Assembly: GCA_963664225.1 (NCBI GenBank) | Contig: OY760937.1 | Location: 3,168,001 to 3,232,000 of the forward strand | Direction of reading: 5' to 3' | DNA length: 64,000 nt | Source: Verrucomicrobiia bacterium | Lineage (GTDB): Bacteria > Verrucomicrobiota > Verrucomicrobiia > Limisphaerales > UBA1319 | Shown here: piece after piece, positions 26,884 to 36,051 of the stretch | How the letters are laid out: every line of letters begins with the position of its first letter | Numbering within the stretch: position 1 is the stretch's first letter | The notes under the pieces: model-generated | Seen by the model: the letters and a program-made list of their open reading frames with translations, nothing else | Database searches by the model: none | Told to the model about the DNA's origin: nothing | Translations under genes and position numbers: made by a program

Positions 26884-28785
26884 ATGCGATTGCCCGCTTT
26901 GCAAAAGCTCCATTGGAGCCTGTTGTTCATCGCCATTTTGGCGATTCAAAAGGTTGACTCGGCGGTTGACTCCTCCGCAAAAACCGGCCCGGCGGACTGG
27001 AACGCGCCGGTGGCGCTGGCTGCGGGACCCGGTGGCGGCGAGCTTTTTGTGGCCTGCGCAAAGGCCAGTCGTGTGAGCGTGCTGGAAACCAGGGGATTCA
27101 CGGAGACGCGCTCAATCGCCCTTCCTGGGAATCCCTCCGGCCTGGCGCTATCCACGGATGGCAAAACGCTTTACGTCACCTGCTCGGGACCGGTGAGCGA
27201 GCTGGTGGTCATCGATGTTTCCGCCAATAAAATCCTGCGCGCCATCAAGGTAGGGCATACGGCGCAAAGCCCGGTGATTGCGCCCGACGGCGCTCTCGTT
27301 TATGTGTGCAACCGCTTTAATAACAGCGTTTCTGTGGTCGATCCCGCTGCGGGAAAGGAGCTTGCGCGCATTCCCGTGGAACGGGAACCGGTGTCGGCAG
27401 CGGTCACGCCGGATGGCAAATACCTCCTGGTCGCCAATCACCTGCATAATGGACGCTCGGACGAGGGAGTGGTGGCGGCCAAGATCAGCATCATCGACAC
27501 GGCCACCCGCAAGGTGACGAAGGAGCTGCAGTTGCCCAACGGCAGCGGTTTGCTGCATGACATCCGGATTTCGCCCGATGGCCATTATGCCTGCGTGGCG
27601 CATGTGCTGGCGCATTATCAGCTTCCCACCACGCAGCTCGAACGCGGCTGGATGAACAGCAATGCGATGACGCTGATCGATTTGTCGAACCTGACTCTCG
27701 TGAATACGGTGCTGCTGGATAATGTGGACAGCGGCGCGGCCAATCCCTGGGCGGTTGGCTGGTTGGCCGACGGCAAGACGTTGTTTGTGACGCACGCGGG
27801 AACGCATGAGCTGAGCCTCATCGATTTCCCGGCGGTGCTGGCCAAGCTGGCGAAACTGCCTGAGGCGCTGGTGAATCAGGATGCCGTGCAGGATGGGGAG
27901 GTTTCGCGAATCCAGTCCGATGTGCCCTCGGATCTGTCCTTCCTGGCGGGCGTGAGAATCCGGGTGCCGCTCAAGGGCAAAGGGGCGCGCTCGGCGGTGG
28001 TTTGCGGGGACCGCATCGTGGTGGCGGATTATTTTACCGATACGCTCGAAAGCATCGATCCCCGGAAGGACCAGGCGACGAGTCTTGTTCAATATCCGCT
28101 GGGAACCGGTCAGGCCATGTCGATCACCCGCAAGGGGGAATCGCTGTTCAACGATGCCACGCTCTGTTTTCAAGGCTGGCAGACGTGCGCCAGTTGCCAC
28201 ACGGACGATGCGCGCACGGACGCGCTGAACTGGGATTTGATCAACGACGGCATTGGCAATCCCAAGAACAGCAAGAGTCTGCTCTACTCGCACGCGACCC
28301 CGCCGGTGATGAGTTTGGGCATCCGCGAAAATGCCGAGGCCGCGGTGCGTTCCGGCATCCGCTATATTCAATTCACCACGCAGCCCGCCGAAGTTCCCGA
28401 GGCCATGGATGCCTGGCTGAAAACGATCAAAGCCACACCCAGCCCGCATCTTGAGAATGGTCATCTCTCCGCAGCGGCCCAGCGCGGGCAAAAAGTGTTC
28501 GAGAGCACTGAGGCCCGATGCGCCACCTGTCATAAGGGGACCTACATGACCGATCTGCAGCATCATGAAGTGGGCACGGCCTGCGCCACGGATAAACCGG
28601 GCGAACCGTTCGATACGCCCACGCTGCTGGAAATCTGGCGCACGGCTCCCTACCTGCATGATGGTTCCGCCGTCACGCTGCGGGAGATTTTGACTACGAA
28701 GAATCCCCAGGACCGCCATGGCCGGACTTCGCACCTGACACCCAAGCAGATCGACGATCTGGTGGAATACCTGCTCTCACTCTGA
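26884..28785 (+). CDS. YVTN beta-propeller fused to a di-heme CcP/MauG-like domain
   Basis: Signal peptide; YVTN-like repeats; CASCH and CATCH; FDTPTL..TAPYLHDGS; LVEYLLSL. Confidence 0.85.
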   Translation: MRLPALQKLHWSLLFIAILAIQKVDSAVDSSAKTGPADWNAPVALAAGPGGGELFVACAKASRVSVLETRGFTETRSIALPGNPSGLALSTDGKTLYVTCSGPVSELVVIDVSANKILRAIKVGHTAQSPVIAPDGALVYVCNRFNNSVSVVDPAAGKELARIPVEREPVSAAVTPDGKYLLVANHLHNGRSDEGVVAAKISIIDTATRKVTKELQLPNGSGLLHDIRISPDGHYACVAHVLAHYQLPTTQLERGWMNSNAMTLIDLSNLTLVNTVLLDNVDSGAANPWAVGWLADGKTLFVTHAGTHELSLIDFPAVLAKLAKLPEALVNQDAVQDGEVSRIQSDVPSDLSFLAGVRIRVPLKGKGARSAVVCGDRIVVADYFTDTLESIDPRKDQATSLVQYPLGTGQAMSITRKGESLFNDATLCFQGWQTCASCHTDDARTDALNWDLINDGIGNPKNSKSLLYSHATPPVMSLGIRENAEAAVRSGIRYIQFTTQPAEVPEAMDAWLKTIKATPSPHLENGHLSAAAQRGQKVFESTEARCATCHKGTYMTDLQHHEVGTACATDKPGEPFDTPTLLEIWRTAPYLHDGSAVTLREILTTKNPQDRHGRTSHLTPKQIDDLVEYLLSL

Positions 28786-28812
28786 AGATCCGCCGCGCCC
28801 GGGAGCGGTCCG

Positions 28813-29487
28813 TTGACCATGCCAAACGCGATTCCAACTCCAGCCCCCACGCTGGTCTGCTTTGCCGTGCCCGAGGAGGCCCGGCCGTTCCAGAGGCTTC
28901 TGGGTTTGGGTCAGGCTCAAAGCCCTGCCGTACGCGTTGCCGTCTCGGGAATGGGTCGTCGGAATGCGCAGGCGATGATCGACGCGGAATTCAAAAAAGA
29001 ACGCCCCGGCCTGGTCCTGACCTGCGGTTACGCCGGGGCCTTGAATCCGGAGCTTGCCTTGGGTCAGATCGTTTTCTACGCGGATTCAAAAGTGCCGAAT
29101 GCCTCGCGCCTCGAAGCCTTGGGCGGGCGCGCCGTCCGGTTTCTGCACTCGGATACAATCGTGGTTACTGCGACCGATAAGGCACGGCTGCGCGCGGAAT
29201 CTGGTGCGGACGCGGTGGAGATGGAGTCCTCGATCATCCGCGCCGCGTGTCGCGATCAGGGCATTCCCAGCGCGACGGTGCGCGTCATTTCAGACACGGC
29301 CCTGGAGGACATGCCGCTGGACTTCAACGCCCTGCTGACCCCGGACCTGAAAATGAATTACCTGCGGTTGAGCGGGATGATTCTGAGTCATCCGCAGCGC
29401 ATTCCCGCGTTGTGGAAGTTCGGCAAGGAAACACGGAAGGCGGCGGAGGCCCTGGGGAATTTTCTGGTGAGGTTTATTGGAGCGTGA
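28813..29487 (+). CDS. Nucleoside phosphorylase family protein (HpnG/MTAN-like)
   Basis: SGMG, CGYAGAL, AVEMES, VRVISD. Confidence 0.8.
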   Translation: MTMPNAIPTPAPTLVCFAVPEEARPFQRLLGLGQAQSPAVRVAVSGMGRRNAQAMIDAEFKKERPGLVLTCGYAGALNPELALGQIVFYADSKVPNASRLEALGGRAVRFLHSDTIVVTATDKARLRAESGADAVEMESSIIRAACRDQGIPSATVRVISDTALEDMPLDFNALLTPDLKMNYLRLSGMILSHPQRIPALWKFGKETRKAAEALGNFLVRFIGA

Positions 29488-29504
29488 CGGAGGCGTTGTG
29501 GGGG

Positions 29505-29585
29505 AGGCGGGGAAATAACCACAGAGGCAAAGAGGCACGGAGAGACAAAGAACGGGTTATAAACATGGATAGACAGGATGGGCAG
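29505..29585 (+). repeat. ~80-bp direct repeat, copy 1 (left of R-M cassette)
   Basis: AGGCGGGGAAA..CC(A/G)CAGAGGCAAAGAGGCA(C/T)GGAGAGAC..TATAAACATGGAT..CAGGATG; copy 2 at 33989-34071. Confidence 0.8.
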
Positions 29586-29647
29586 ATTTTTAACCACGGA
29601 TTAGACGGATGGCACGGATAGGGACTTTAATTTCGAGACGGGATTAT

Positions 29648-31078
29648 TTACTCAGCGTATTCGAACCTCAAATCCAAAGTCACGGCTACTGGCTGTTGGA
29701 GATCCGATTTCTCTATGGCTTCAAAGAATTTGTAGATCAATGCGACCGCTGACGAGTCCGATAATAAATGCGTTTGAATCAACTTTAGGACGTAGGGAAC
29801 GCCGTAAGCCCTAAGTTCTGTGTCTCCCATTCTTTTAATAATCTGCAACTCTCCATTGATACCAGCTTCGATTTCGATTCCGCCGCGACGAAGGTCATCA
29901 ATTAAAAATACCGGGTTGTAGAGTGTCATTACGGCGAATTCCCTAAACAGCAAGGCTTCTATGACTTCAGCCTCCATCGGCCACCAAAAAAGCGGCCTCA
30001 TCCCCAGCAGCAAACTGTAGCGGCCGTTTGTAGGATATGGCAGCCAATCGAATCTAGGTCTGTAGTCTTTTAGAGAACGGTCCGTTATTCTGCGAATAAA
30101 TTGCGTGTTGTATAAGCGATCAACCACTCGTTTCTTTGACAACTTTGAGGTTAGGCGTGAATAAAGCGTATTTCCCTTGAGCCTAATCCCGACGAGGAGC
30201 AACCCTCTGTCAGCTTTGATCGAACCAATGGCTACCCGGACAGTTTGTCGGTAAAGATCGGCAACTTTTGAATGGAGGTAATCAGCCCCCATTTGCACAG
30301 GTGCGACTCCACTATTGAAGACAAGAGGCTTGAGTGCATCCTGAATCCCAACAATTTGGCGCTTGAGCCGCTCGAGCATCTGTGGCGGTAACGGCTGATA
30401 ACTGTGCTGCGTGGTCTGGTCTGAAGCTGTTTTGGGTAACCGCGATTTATTAAGCTTCGGCCCAACTAAATTTATGGTGACGACCAGCTCACTATCACCT
30501 ACAGCGCGGGTCTTGAGTTCCCCAATGCCAGCAACTATTCCTTCCGATAGATCGAAGAGGCTCACATCACCAATACGTAAAAATGTGGTAATTGAGTGGG
30601 CCAAAACAAAGTAATCCCCAAACATCGGGCATCCCCGAATAAAATGAATTTCGCCTCTACCGCCAATTCCAGTTGGTAGATGAGGATTTGCTTCGTGATT
30701 AGCGTGGTTCCGAAGCAACTCGTGTTCGTTTCGGTAAAATATCCACGCAAAAGAGTCTCCCATTACTTTACCCACATCCATAGCTTTGGTAATGAGTTTT
30801 CTATAACCACTGAGAATGTGAAGTCGATAACCAAACCATTTCTGATTCAAACCTGATTTGCGCGATATCAAATCTCTTTCCTCCTCACAAACTTCTTTGT
30901 AGAGCATCTCAAGGAAATATAGAGTGTTTCCGAGAGTTGGTTGAAAAGTGATGACAGCAACAAACACCTCTGCTTTAATGTCCACGCACCTGCGAATCGT
31001 TAACAATTTCAACCAACAATCTTTGAACGATTGTTCAGCCTCATCGAGCGCACCCTCTATTTGTTTCTGAGTTAGCAT
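29648..31078 (-). CDS. Low-GC hypothetical protein with possible PD-(D/E)xK nuclease motif
   Basis: GDVSLFD..GIGELKT. An alternative GTG start at 31129 overlaps the stop of the upstream R-M gene. Confidence 0.65.
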   Translation of the reverse strand: MLTQKQIEGALDEAEQSFKDCWLKLLTIRRCVDIKAEVFVAVITFQPTLGNTLYFLEMLYKEVCEEERDLISRKSGLNQKWFGYRLHILSGYRKLITKAMDVGKVMGDSFAWIFYRNEHELLRNHANHEANPHLPTGIGGRGEIHFIRGCPMFGDYFVLAHSITTFLRIGDVSLFDLSEGIVAGIGELKTRAVGDSELVVTINLVGPKLNKSRLPKTASDQTTQHSYQPLPPQMLERLKRQIVGIQDALKPLVFNSGVAPVQMGADYLHSKVADLYRQTVRVAIGSIKADRGLLLVGIRLKGNTLYSRLTSKLSKKRVVDRLYNTQFIRRITDRSLKDYRPRFDWLPYPTNGRYSLLLGMRPLFWWPMEAEVIEALLFREFAVMTLYNPVFLIDDLRRGGIEIEAGINGELQIIKRMGDTELRAYGVPYVLKLIQTHLLSDSSAVALIYKFFEAIEKSDLQQPVAVTLDLRFEYAE

Positions 31079-31128
31079 ACTGTTGTGCCTCTTGCGCCCA
31101 GCCCACCTACACCAGATGGGTTCACCCA

Positions 31129-33930
31129 CTAATCAGCGTGCAAAGCTTTCTTATTTTGTACTTTCTTTGCGGTGATCAATGGGGCGGTGATTTTCTCGTA
31201 AAGGGCAAAGAGAAATTCAACGCGCTTGCGGTCGTTTTCAAAAGGCTCGGGGCGATAACATTTATCGACGGCCTTGTCCAAAGCAGCGTGGGCCGTCACC
31301 AGTTCCGGGGGCATGGTCAATGGATCGTAGAGATCGGCGAGCGTTGAACCGGGATATTGTGCGCGAGCGTCCAAGACACCTTGAGCCGCCGCTTCGACGG
31401 CCTTTTTCTGTTTTTCGGAAACATCCTGTGGCCATGGAAAGTTGTTATAGACAAGCCCGGCCGAGTAACGATATCGGCTTTCTAGGCGACCTGCCACGTA
31501 CCTCATCCATGCCATGTGCATTTGGGATGTGGTTACCCCGAAGGTATAAAGGCTCGCTTCGGGAATCGTGTAAAGAAGGTTTGAAGCGATAATGTCTTTT
31601 GTAAGGTATCCAATCGGAATATATCTTCGCGTTTCAGAGGAAACCTCAGGAACGGCCAGATAATCTGAATTGGGCTGGCGAAGCTCTGCAAAGATTGCCG
31701 GGGTTTCCGCCTGTTCGCGCGTCTTGGCCTTTGGGCTCTTTAGCCGGAAACTACGAACAGCTTCAACCCTTTCGAGTATACAAGAGTTATGTCGCCAAAC
31801 GCTCGGCGAGGCCCCCAAAAGCCACAGACAATACCTCTCGCCTCCATTGATTAATTCTTCGGAGCCTAACAAGCGGCGCACCAACGGTGTTACTTCAGGG
31901 TGATCGTTAAGGAGTTTTAAGCGCTCTTCCGGAGTTAGCATCAAGTTCCCACCGTCCACAGGTTTACTCCCATAGACCATTGGCTGGGCATTACATAGGG
32001 GAGACGTACGCTTTTGCATACACAAGTCACTACCCTCGACCAGGTATGGATTGATATTTTTAACTTCAAGAGCCGATGGGCTATGCGGGTCACTGTCGTA
32101 GTCCCATATCTTCTTTAGGGATATCTCGCCTTTGCCAAAGCCAATAATGACAACATGGACATGGGCCTTGCCTCTTGCTTCGCTTGTCCATGCAAATGTG
32201 CGGTGGGCGAAGTGAATCTTTATATGATACCGCCCGAATAGTTCTCCCCAAAGAATTCCCGGTTGCTCACCTTGGCTAATACTGTTCGTGGAAACAAAGG
32301 CGCATCGTGGGCATGCCGTTCCGAGGTATTCGGCCGTCTTGAAATACCAGGCGGTGACATAATCGAGCACGCCAGCCCCTTTAACCCTTCCCCAGATATG
32401 ATCCATATCCTCTTTCTGAGAGGAGGTCATCAAATGTTTCCCCACAAACGGGGGATTGCCGAGAATGAAGGCACACTTTTCCGGGGCGATCACGGTTTTC
32501 CAGTCGATGCGGAGGGCGTTTCCGCAAACGATGGTGGGGGATTTCTTGAGTGGCAGACGCTGGTAGAGCTGGCCGAAGGCTTCCGAGACCTCCAGATTCA
32601 TGAGATGGTCCATGAGCCAGAGGGCGACTTCGGCGATGCGGGCGGGCCATTCCTGAATTTCGATGCCGAACATCTGGTCCACGTCCACCCGGGAAAGGCG
32701 GTTGACGTCGTCCAGTGTCATTTCCGTTTGTTTGCCAAAAAGCTCCTTCAACAGGGCCAGTTCCAGACGCCGCAACTCGCGATAGGTGATGATGAGGAAA
32801 TTTCCGCAGCCGCAGGCGGGATCGAAAAAGCGCAGGGAGCAAATCTTCTCGTGAAATTCCTCGAGGCGAACGCGGCGGCGATTGGAACGGTCCAGCCTGA
32901 TGGTTTCGAATTCGGCCCAGAGGTCGTCCAGAAAGAGGGACCGGACCACCTTCAAAATATCGCGTTCCGAGGTGTAATGGCCGCCGATCTGGCGCCGGGC
33001 TCTGGGCTCCATCACCGCCTGGAATAGAGAGCCGAAGATGGCGGGGGATATCCGGGACCAATCGAAATCCGTGCATTTCAACAGGGCGTCCCGCATGGCC
33101 GAGTTGAAATCGGCAAACCCGAGGTCTTCCGAATAGAGGTCCCCGTTCACGTAGGGGAACGCGGCGAGGGTTTCGTCGAGATTCTTTTGGCGCTGCTCCG
33201 GTTTTTGGTTCAGCACGGCAAAGAGCCTGGCGAGGTGCATGCCCAGATCGGAGCCGTCCGCGCTGGTCCGGTTTTCGAGGTAGAGGCTGAAGGCTTCCCT
33301 CTCGAAGAGGCCGGTATCCTCGGCAAACAGGCAAAAGAGAATGCGGACCAGGAAGCGTTCCAAATCGTGACCGGTGTAGCCGCCGCTGGCCAAGGCGTCG
33401 TGCAAATCACCCATTTTTTCAACGGCCTTGACGTTGATGGGGTCCTGTTCCTCGTATTTGTGCTGTTTGTAACCGGGGATGAACGCGAAGTGGTGAATGT
33501 TTTTGTGGAATTCGGTCAGAGGAAACTCAATCGGCTGGTAAGTTTTCGGGTCCTCCGGCTCGAGGTCGTGGATGGCGATTCTGGCGAAGTCCGAGACGAT
33601 GACGTAGCGGGGGATTTCATTCTGCCGACCGGAATTGGCGAGTTCCTGAATGTATTGGAAGGCCTGCGAACCCGCCCGGCCAAGATCCTTCCCGGCGGAT
33701 TTGTGTTCGGCCAGGAGCATTTTCTTCCAAAAGAGATCGATGTAGCTGAAAGAGCCTTTGAGATTCTTTACGGGTTCCTCGAAGGTGGCGACCAGACGGC
33801 GCTTGAGGCCGAATACGTTGAAAAAATCATCCCAGAAACTTTTGGCTTCGGCGTCCTCCCTGGTTTCAGCCTTCCAATCCTTCGAAAAGACAATGGCACG
33901 TTGTTTTATCTCGTTCCAACTTAAAGGCAT
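31129..33930 (-). CDS. MmeI-like type IIL restriction-modification enzyme
   Basis: MPLSWNEIK; YIDLFWKKMLLAEHKS nuclease; FDPACGCGNF (motif I); GNPPF (motif IV); LADLYDPLTMP C-terminus. Confidence 0.93.
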   Translation of the reverse strand: MPLSWNEIKQRAIVFSKDWKAETREDAEAKSFWDDFFNVFGLKRRLVATFEEPVKNLKGSFSYIDLFWKKMLLAEHKSAGKDLGRAGSQAFQYIQELANSGRQNEIPRYVIVSDFARIAIHDLEPEDPKTYQPIEFPLTEFHKNIHHFAFIPGYKQHKYEEQDPINVKAVEKMGDLHDALASGGYTGHDLERFLVRILFCLFAEDTGLFEREAFSLYLENRTSADGSDLGMHLARLFAVLNQKPEQRQKNLDETLAAFPYVNGDLYSEDLGFADFNSAMRDALLKCTDFDWSRISPAIFGSLFQAVMEPRARRQIGGHYTSERDILKVVRSLFLDDLWAEFETIRLDRSNRRRVRLEEFHEKICSLRFFDPACGCGNFLIITYRELRRLELALLKELFGKQTEMTLDDVNRLSRVDVDQMFGIEIQEWPARIAEVALWLMDHLMNLEVSEAFGQLYQRLPLKKSPTIVCGNALRIDWKTVIAPEKCAFILGNPPFVGKHLMTSSQKEDMDHIWGRVKGAGVLDYVTAWYFKTAEYLGTACPRCAFVSTNSISQGEQPGILWGELFGRYHIKIHFAHRTFAWTSEARGKAHVHVVIIGFGKGEISLKKIWDYDSDPHSPSALEVKNINPYLVEGSDLCMQKRTSPLCNAQPMVYGSKPVDGGNLMLTPEERLKLLNDHPEVTPLVRRLLGSEELINGGERYCLWLLGASPSVWRHNSCILERVEAVRSFRLKSPKAKTREQAETPAIFAELRQPNSDYLAVPEVSSETRRYIPIGYLTKDIIASNLLYTIPEASLYTFGVTTSQMHMAWMRYVAGRLESRYRYSAGLVYNNFPWPQDVSEKQKKAVEAAAQGVLDARAQYPGSTLADLYDPLTMPPELVTAHAALDKAVDKCYRPEPFENDRKRVEFLFALYEKITAPLITAKKVQNKKALHAD

Positions 33931-33988
33931 AACGGTGCTCTTATAGGGGTTAATTTGTTTTTGAGCAAAACATATTCGACCGGTCCCA

Positions 33989-34071
33989 AGGCGGGGAAAA
34001 TGACCGCAGAGGCAAAGAGGCATGGAGAGACCAAAAAACGGAATATAAACATGGATGGGCAGGATGAGCAG
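33989..34071 (+). repeat. ~80-bp direct repeat, copy 2 (right of R-M cassette)
   Basis: Homologous to 29505-29585. Confidence 0.8.
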
Positions 34072-34100
34072 GATTGGGGGATGGGATTTGATTCAACGCT

Positions 34101-35121
34101 TACAGCGTTGGGATTTCAGGGGACGGGGACCCCGGGTAGCCCTCGGCGGGCAACCCGGGTCTGAATGATTTAATCCCTTCGGGATAATGAGATGCAAATC
34201 CCGCGCCGCAGTGGTTGATTGGAGATTAAGCGCCACCATATCTGCCAGACTGGAACAGGTCGCGCCACGATTCGGCAATCGTCCCACCCACGCAACCCTC
34301 ATTGGAATGCAATCATCCAACCCCGATCAACCAACCTCAACCGCATTCCGTAATCGCCCCATCCGCGCAATCCTGTAGGGATTGCAATCACTCAGCCCCG
34401 GGTCGCGAGGAACGAGCCACCCGGGGTCATCGTCCACCCTCCATAATTTCCCCAACGCTGTAGGCGTTGAAGCAAATTCGTGAATCGTAAATCCTCGGAG
34501 CATGCCTAAATCCCTTGCAAAGATTCTCGTGCATACGGTTTTCTCAACCAAAGACCGCCGCCCATTTCTTCGTGACAAATTGCTCCGGCAGGAACTGCAT
34601 TGTTACCTTGGAGGCATCCTGGCCCAACTCGAATGCCAGCCCATCCTTTTTGGCGGCGCGGAAGACCATGTGCATCTGCTCTGCGCCTTGTCGCGCACCT
34701 GCGAGGCGTCCGCGATGGTCAGGGAAGTCAAACGCGGATCAACGTTGTGGTTGAAATCAAAAGATCAGACCCTGAACGATTTTTCATGGCAAAACGGCTA
34801 CGGCATTTTTTCAATCGGTTTTTCACAAATTGCAGCAGCGCGCAAATACATCACAGAACAGGAGTGCCATCATCGCAAAATCTCCTTTCAAGACGAATAC
34901 CGCGAATTCTTAAAACGATACGAAATTGAATGGGACGAACGCCATGTATGGGACTGATCCAACTCCTACAGCGTTGGGATTTCAGGGGGGGCGGGGACCC
35001 CGGGTAGCCCTCGGCGGGCAACCCGGGTCTGAATGATTTAATCCCTTCGGGATAATGAGGTGCCAACCTGGGCAGCGCTTTCCCCGGCAACCTGGGCTGA
35101 ATGATTGCAGTCCGTTCCGGG
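34101..35121. repeat. REP/REPIN-like palindromic units flanking tnpA
   Basis: 34101-34191 and 34967-35059 are near-identical direct copies; divergent inverted copy ~34369-34469; partial copy ~35066-35121. Confidence 0.85.
34502..34957 (+). CDS. tnpA: IS200/IS605-family Y1 (HUH) transposase, REP-associated
   Basis: HTVFSTKDR, EDHVHLL, WQNGYG, YITEQ. Confidence 0.9.
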   Translation: MPKSLAKILVHTVFSTKDRRPFLRDKLLRQELHCYLGGILAQLECQPILFGGAEDHVHLLCALSRTCEASAMVREVKRGSTLWLKSKDQTLNDFSWQNGYGIFSIGFSQIAAARKYITEQECHHRKISFQDEYREFLKRYEIEWDERHVWD

Positions 35122-35516
35122 TTGCACGGAGGATGGGCGGTCACGTGCAGTGCAGGGGGAATTTTGAATTTTGAAGAGATGTCCGACTTTAAATGCCTCT
35201 GCCATACGATGTCCGAACCGGCTGAAGCCGGGACTCCATGCCCCGGAACGCCGGGTCGGGGGACCCGGCCTACAAGCTGATGCGCCTGAATATGTTGTAC
35301 GCCACGCGCCTTCGTGCGGCATTATATAATGCTGTGCCGCAGGGTTTTATAGAATGGCTGTATGGAAGGATCAAAGGCACAGAGGCGAATGGAAAGCCGC
35401 AGTTGAGGCAAGGACGGTGATTCAAACCGGTGAATGGGTGTGAATAAACGCCTATCATGAGAAAATTCGGGGAAATCCCAAAATATTCCATTTTTCTTTC
35501 AAAATTTGCATAAAAA

Positions 35517-35681
35517 ATGAACTTTTCGCCCGCAGGTTCGTCGAACGTGTGGTAATTATACGGGGTATAGGTTGTTTAGAACCGGCGGTTGCTCCAACAA
35601 CAGTCGGGATTAGACATTGGTTAACGGAACAGGTTGTTTGGGTTAAGCGGGCGTCGCAAGGCGTCCGCTTTCCTTTTTTTT
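35517..35681 (+). ncRNA. Putative sRNA unit 1 (ECF-like promoter + hairpin + conserved block + terminator)
   Basis: ATGAAC-N16-CGTCGA; hairpin 35573-35616; GGTTAACGGAACAGGTTGTT at 35619; terminator to 35681. Confidence 0.65.
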
Positions 35682-35698
35682 CAGGGGTAAAAGATTTT

Positions 35699-35839
35699 TG
35701 TAACCGAACTGGCTGTGTCGTGTCACTTATTATGGAATGTTTGGTGCTGGCTGTCCTTGTGACATCTGGTTGCAAGCATTGGTTAACGGAACGGGTTGTT
35801 AAGGCTGAGCGGACGTCTTGTGGCGTCCGCTCTTTTTTT
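35699..35839 (+). ncRNA. Putative sRNA unit 2
   Basis: TGTAAC-N16-TGTCAC; hairpin 35736-35780; GGTTAACGGAACGGGTTGTT at 35781; terminator to 35839. Confidence 0.65.
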
Positions 35840-35850
35840 GGTGTGGGATT

Positions 35851-36010
35851 TGTAACCTGTCAGGGGGTTGGTGCGTCAAAGAAGGGTGTACAGTGGTTGT
35901 ACAGGGCAGTTTTCTGCCGGCAGTCCAATTATGACGGCCGGGATTAAACAGAGGTTAACGGAACAGGTTGTTTGGGTTGAGCGGACGTCGCAAGGCGTCC
36001 GCTTTTTTTT
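35851..36010 (+). ncRNA. Putative sRNA unit 3
   Basis: TGTAAC-N17-CGTCAA; hairpin ~35909-35949; GGTTAACGGAACAGGTTGTT at 35953; terminator to 36010. Confidence 0.65.
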
Positions 36011-36051
36011 GAGGTTGAACCCCGCCCGAACCTGCCACACACTGGACCCAT

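Noticed and set aside
21877..28785. True anammox hydrazine synthase
   Set aside because: FGE-domain fusion, IclR/sugar context and no other anammox genes; treated as a paralog.
35570..36010. CRISPR or TIGR-type array, or a known tandem riboswitch upstream of yebC
   Set aside because: The period is 162-172 bp, each repeat ends in a terminator, the 'spacers' are homologous hairpins with their own promoter motifs, there are no cas genes, and no aptamer is recognisable.
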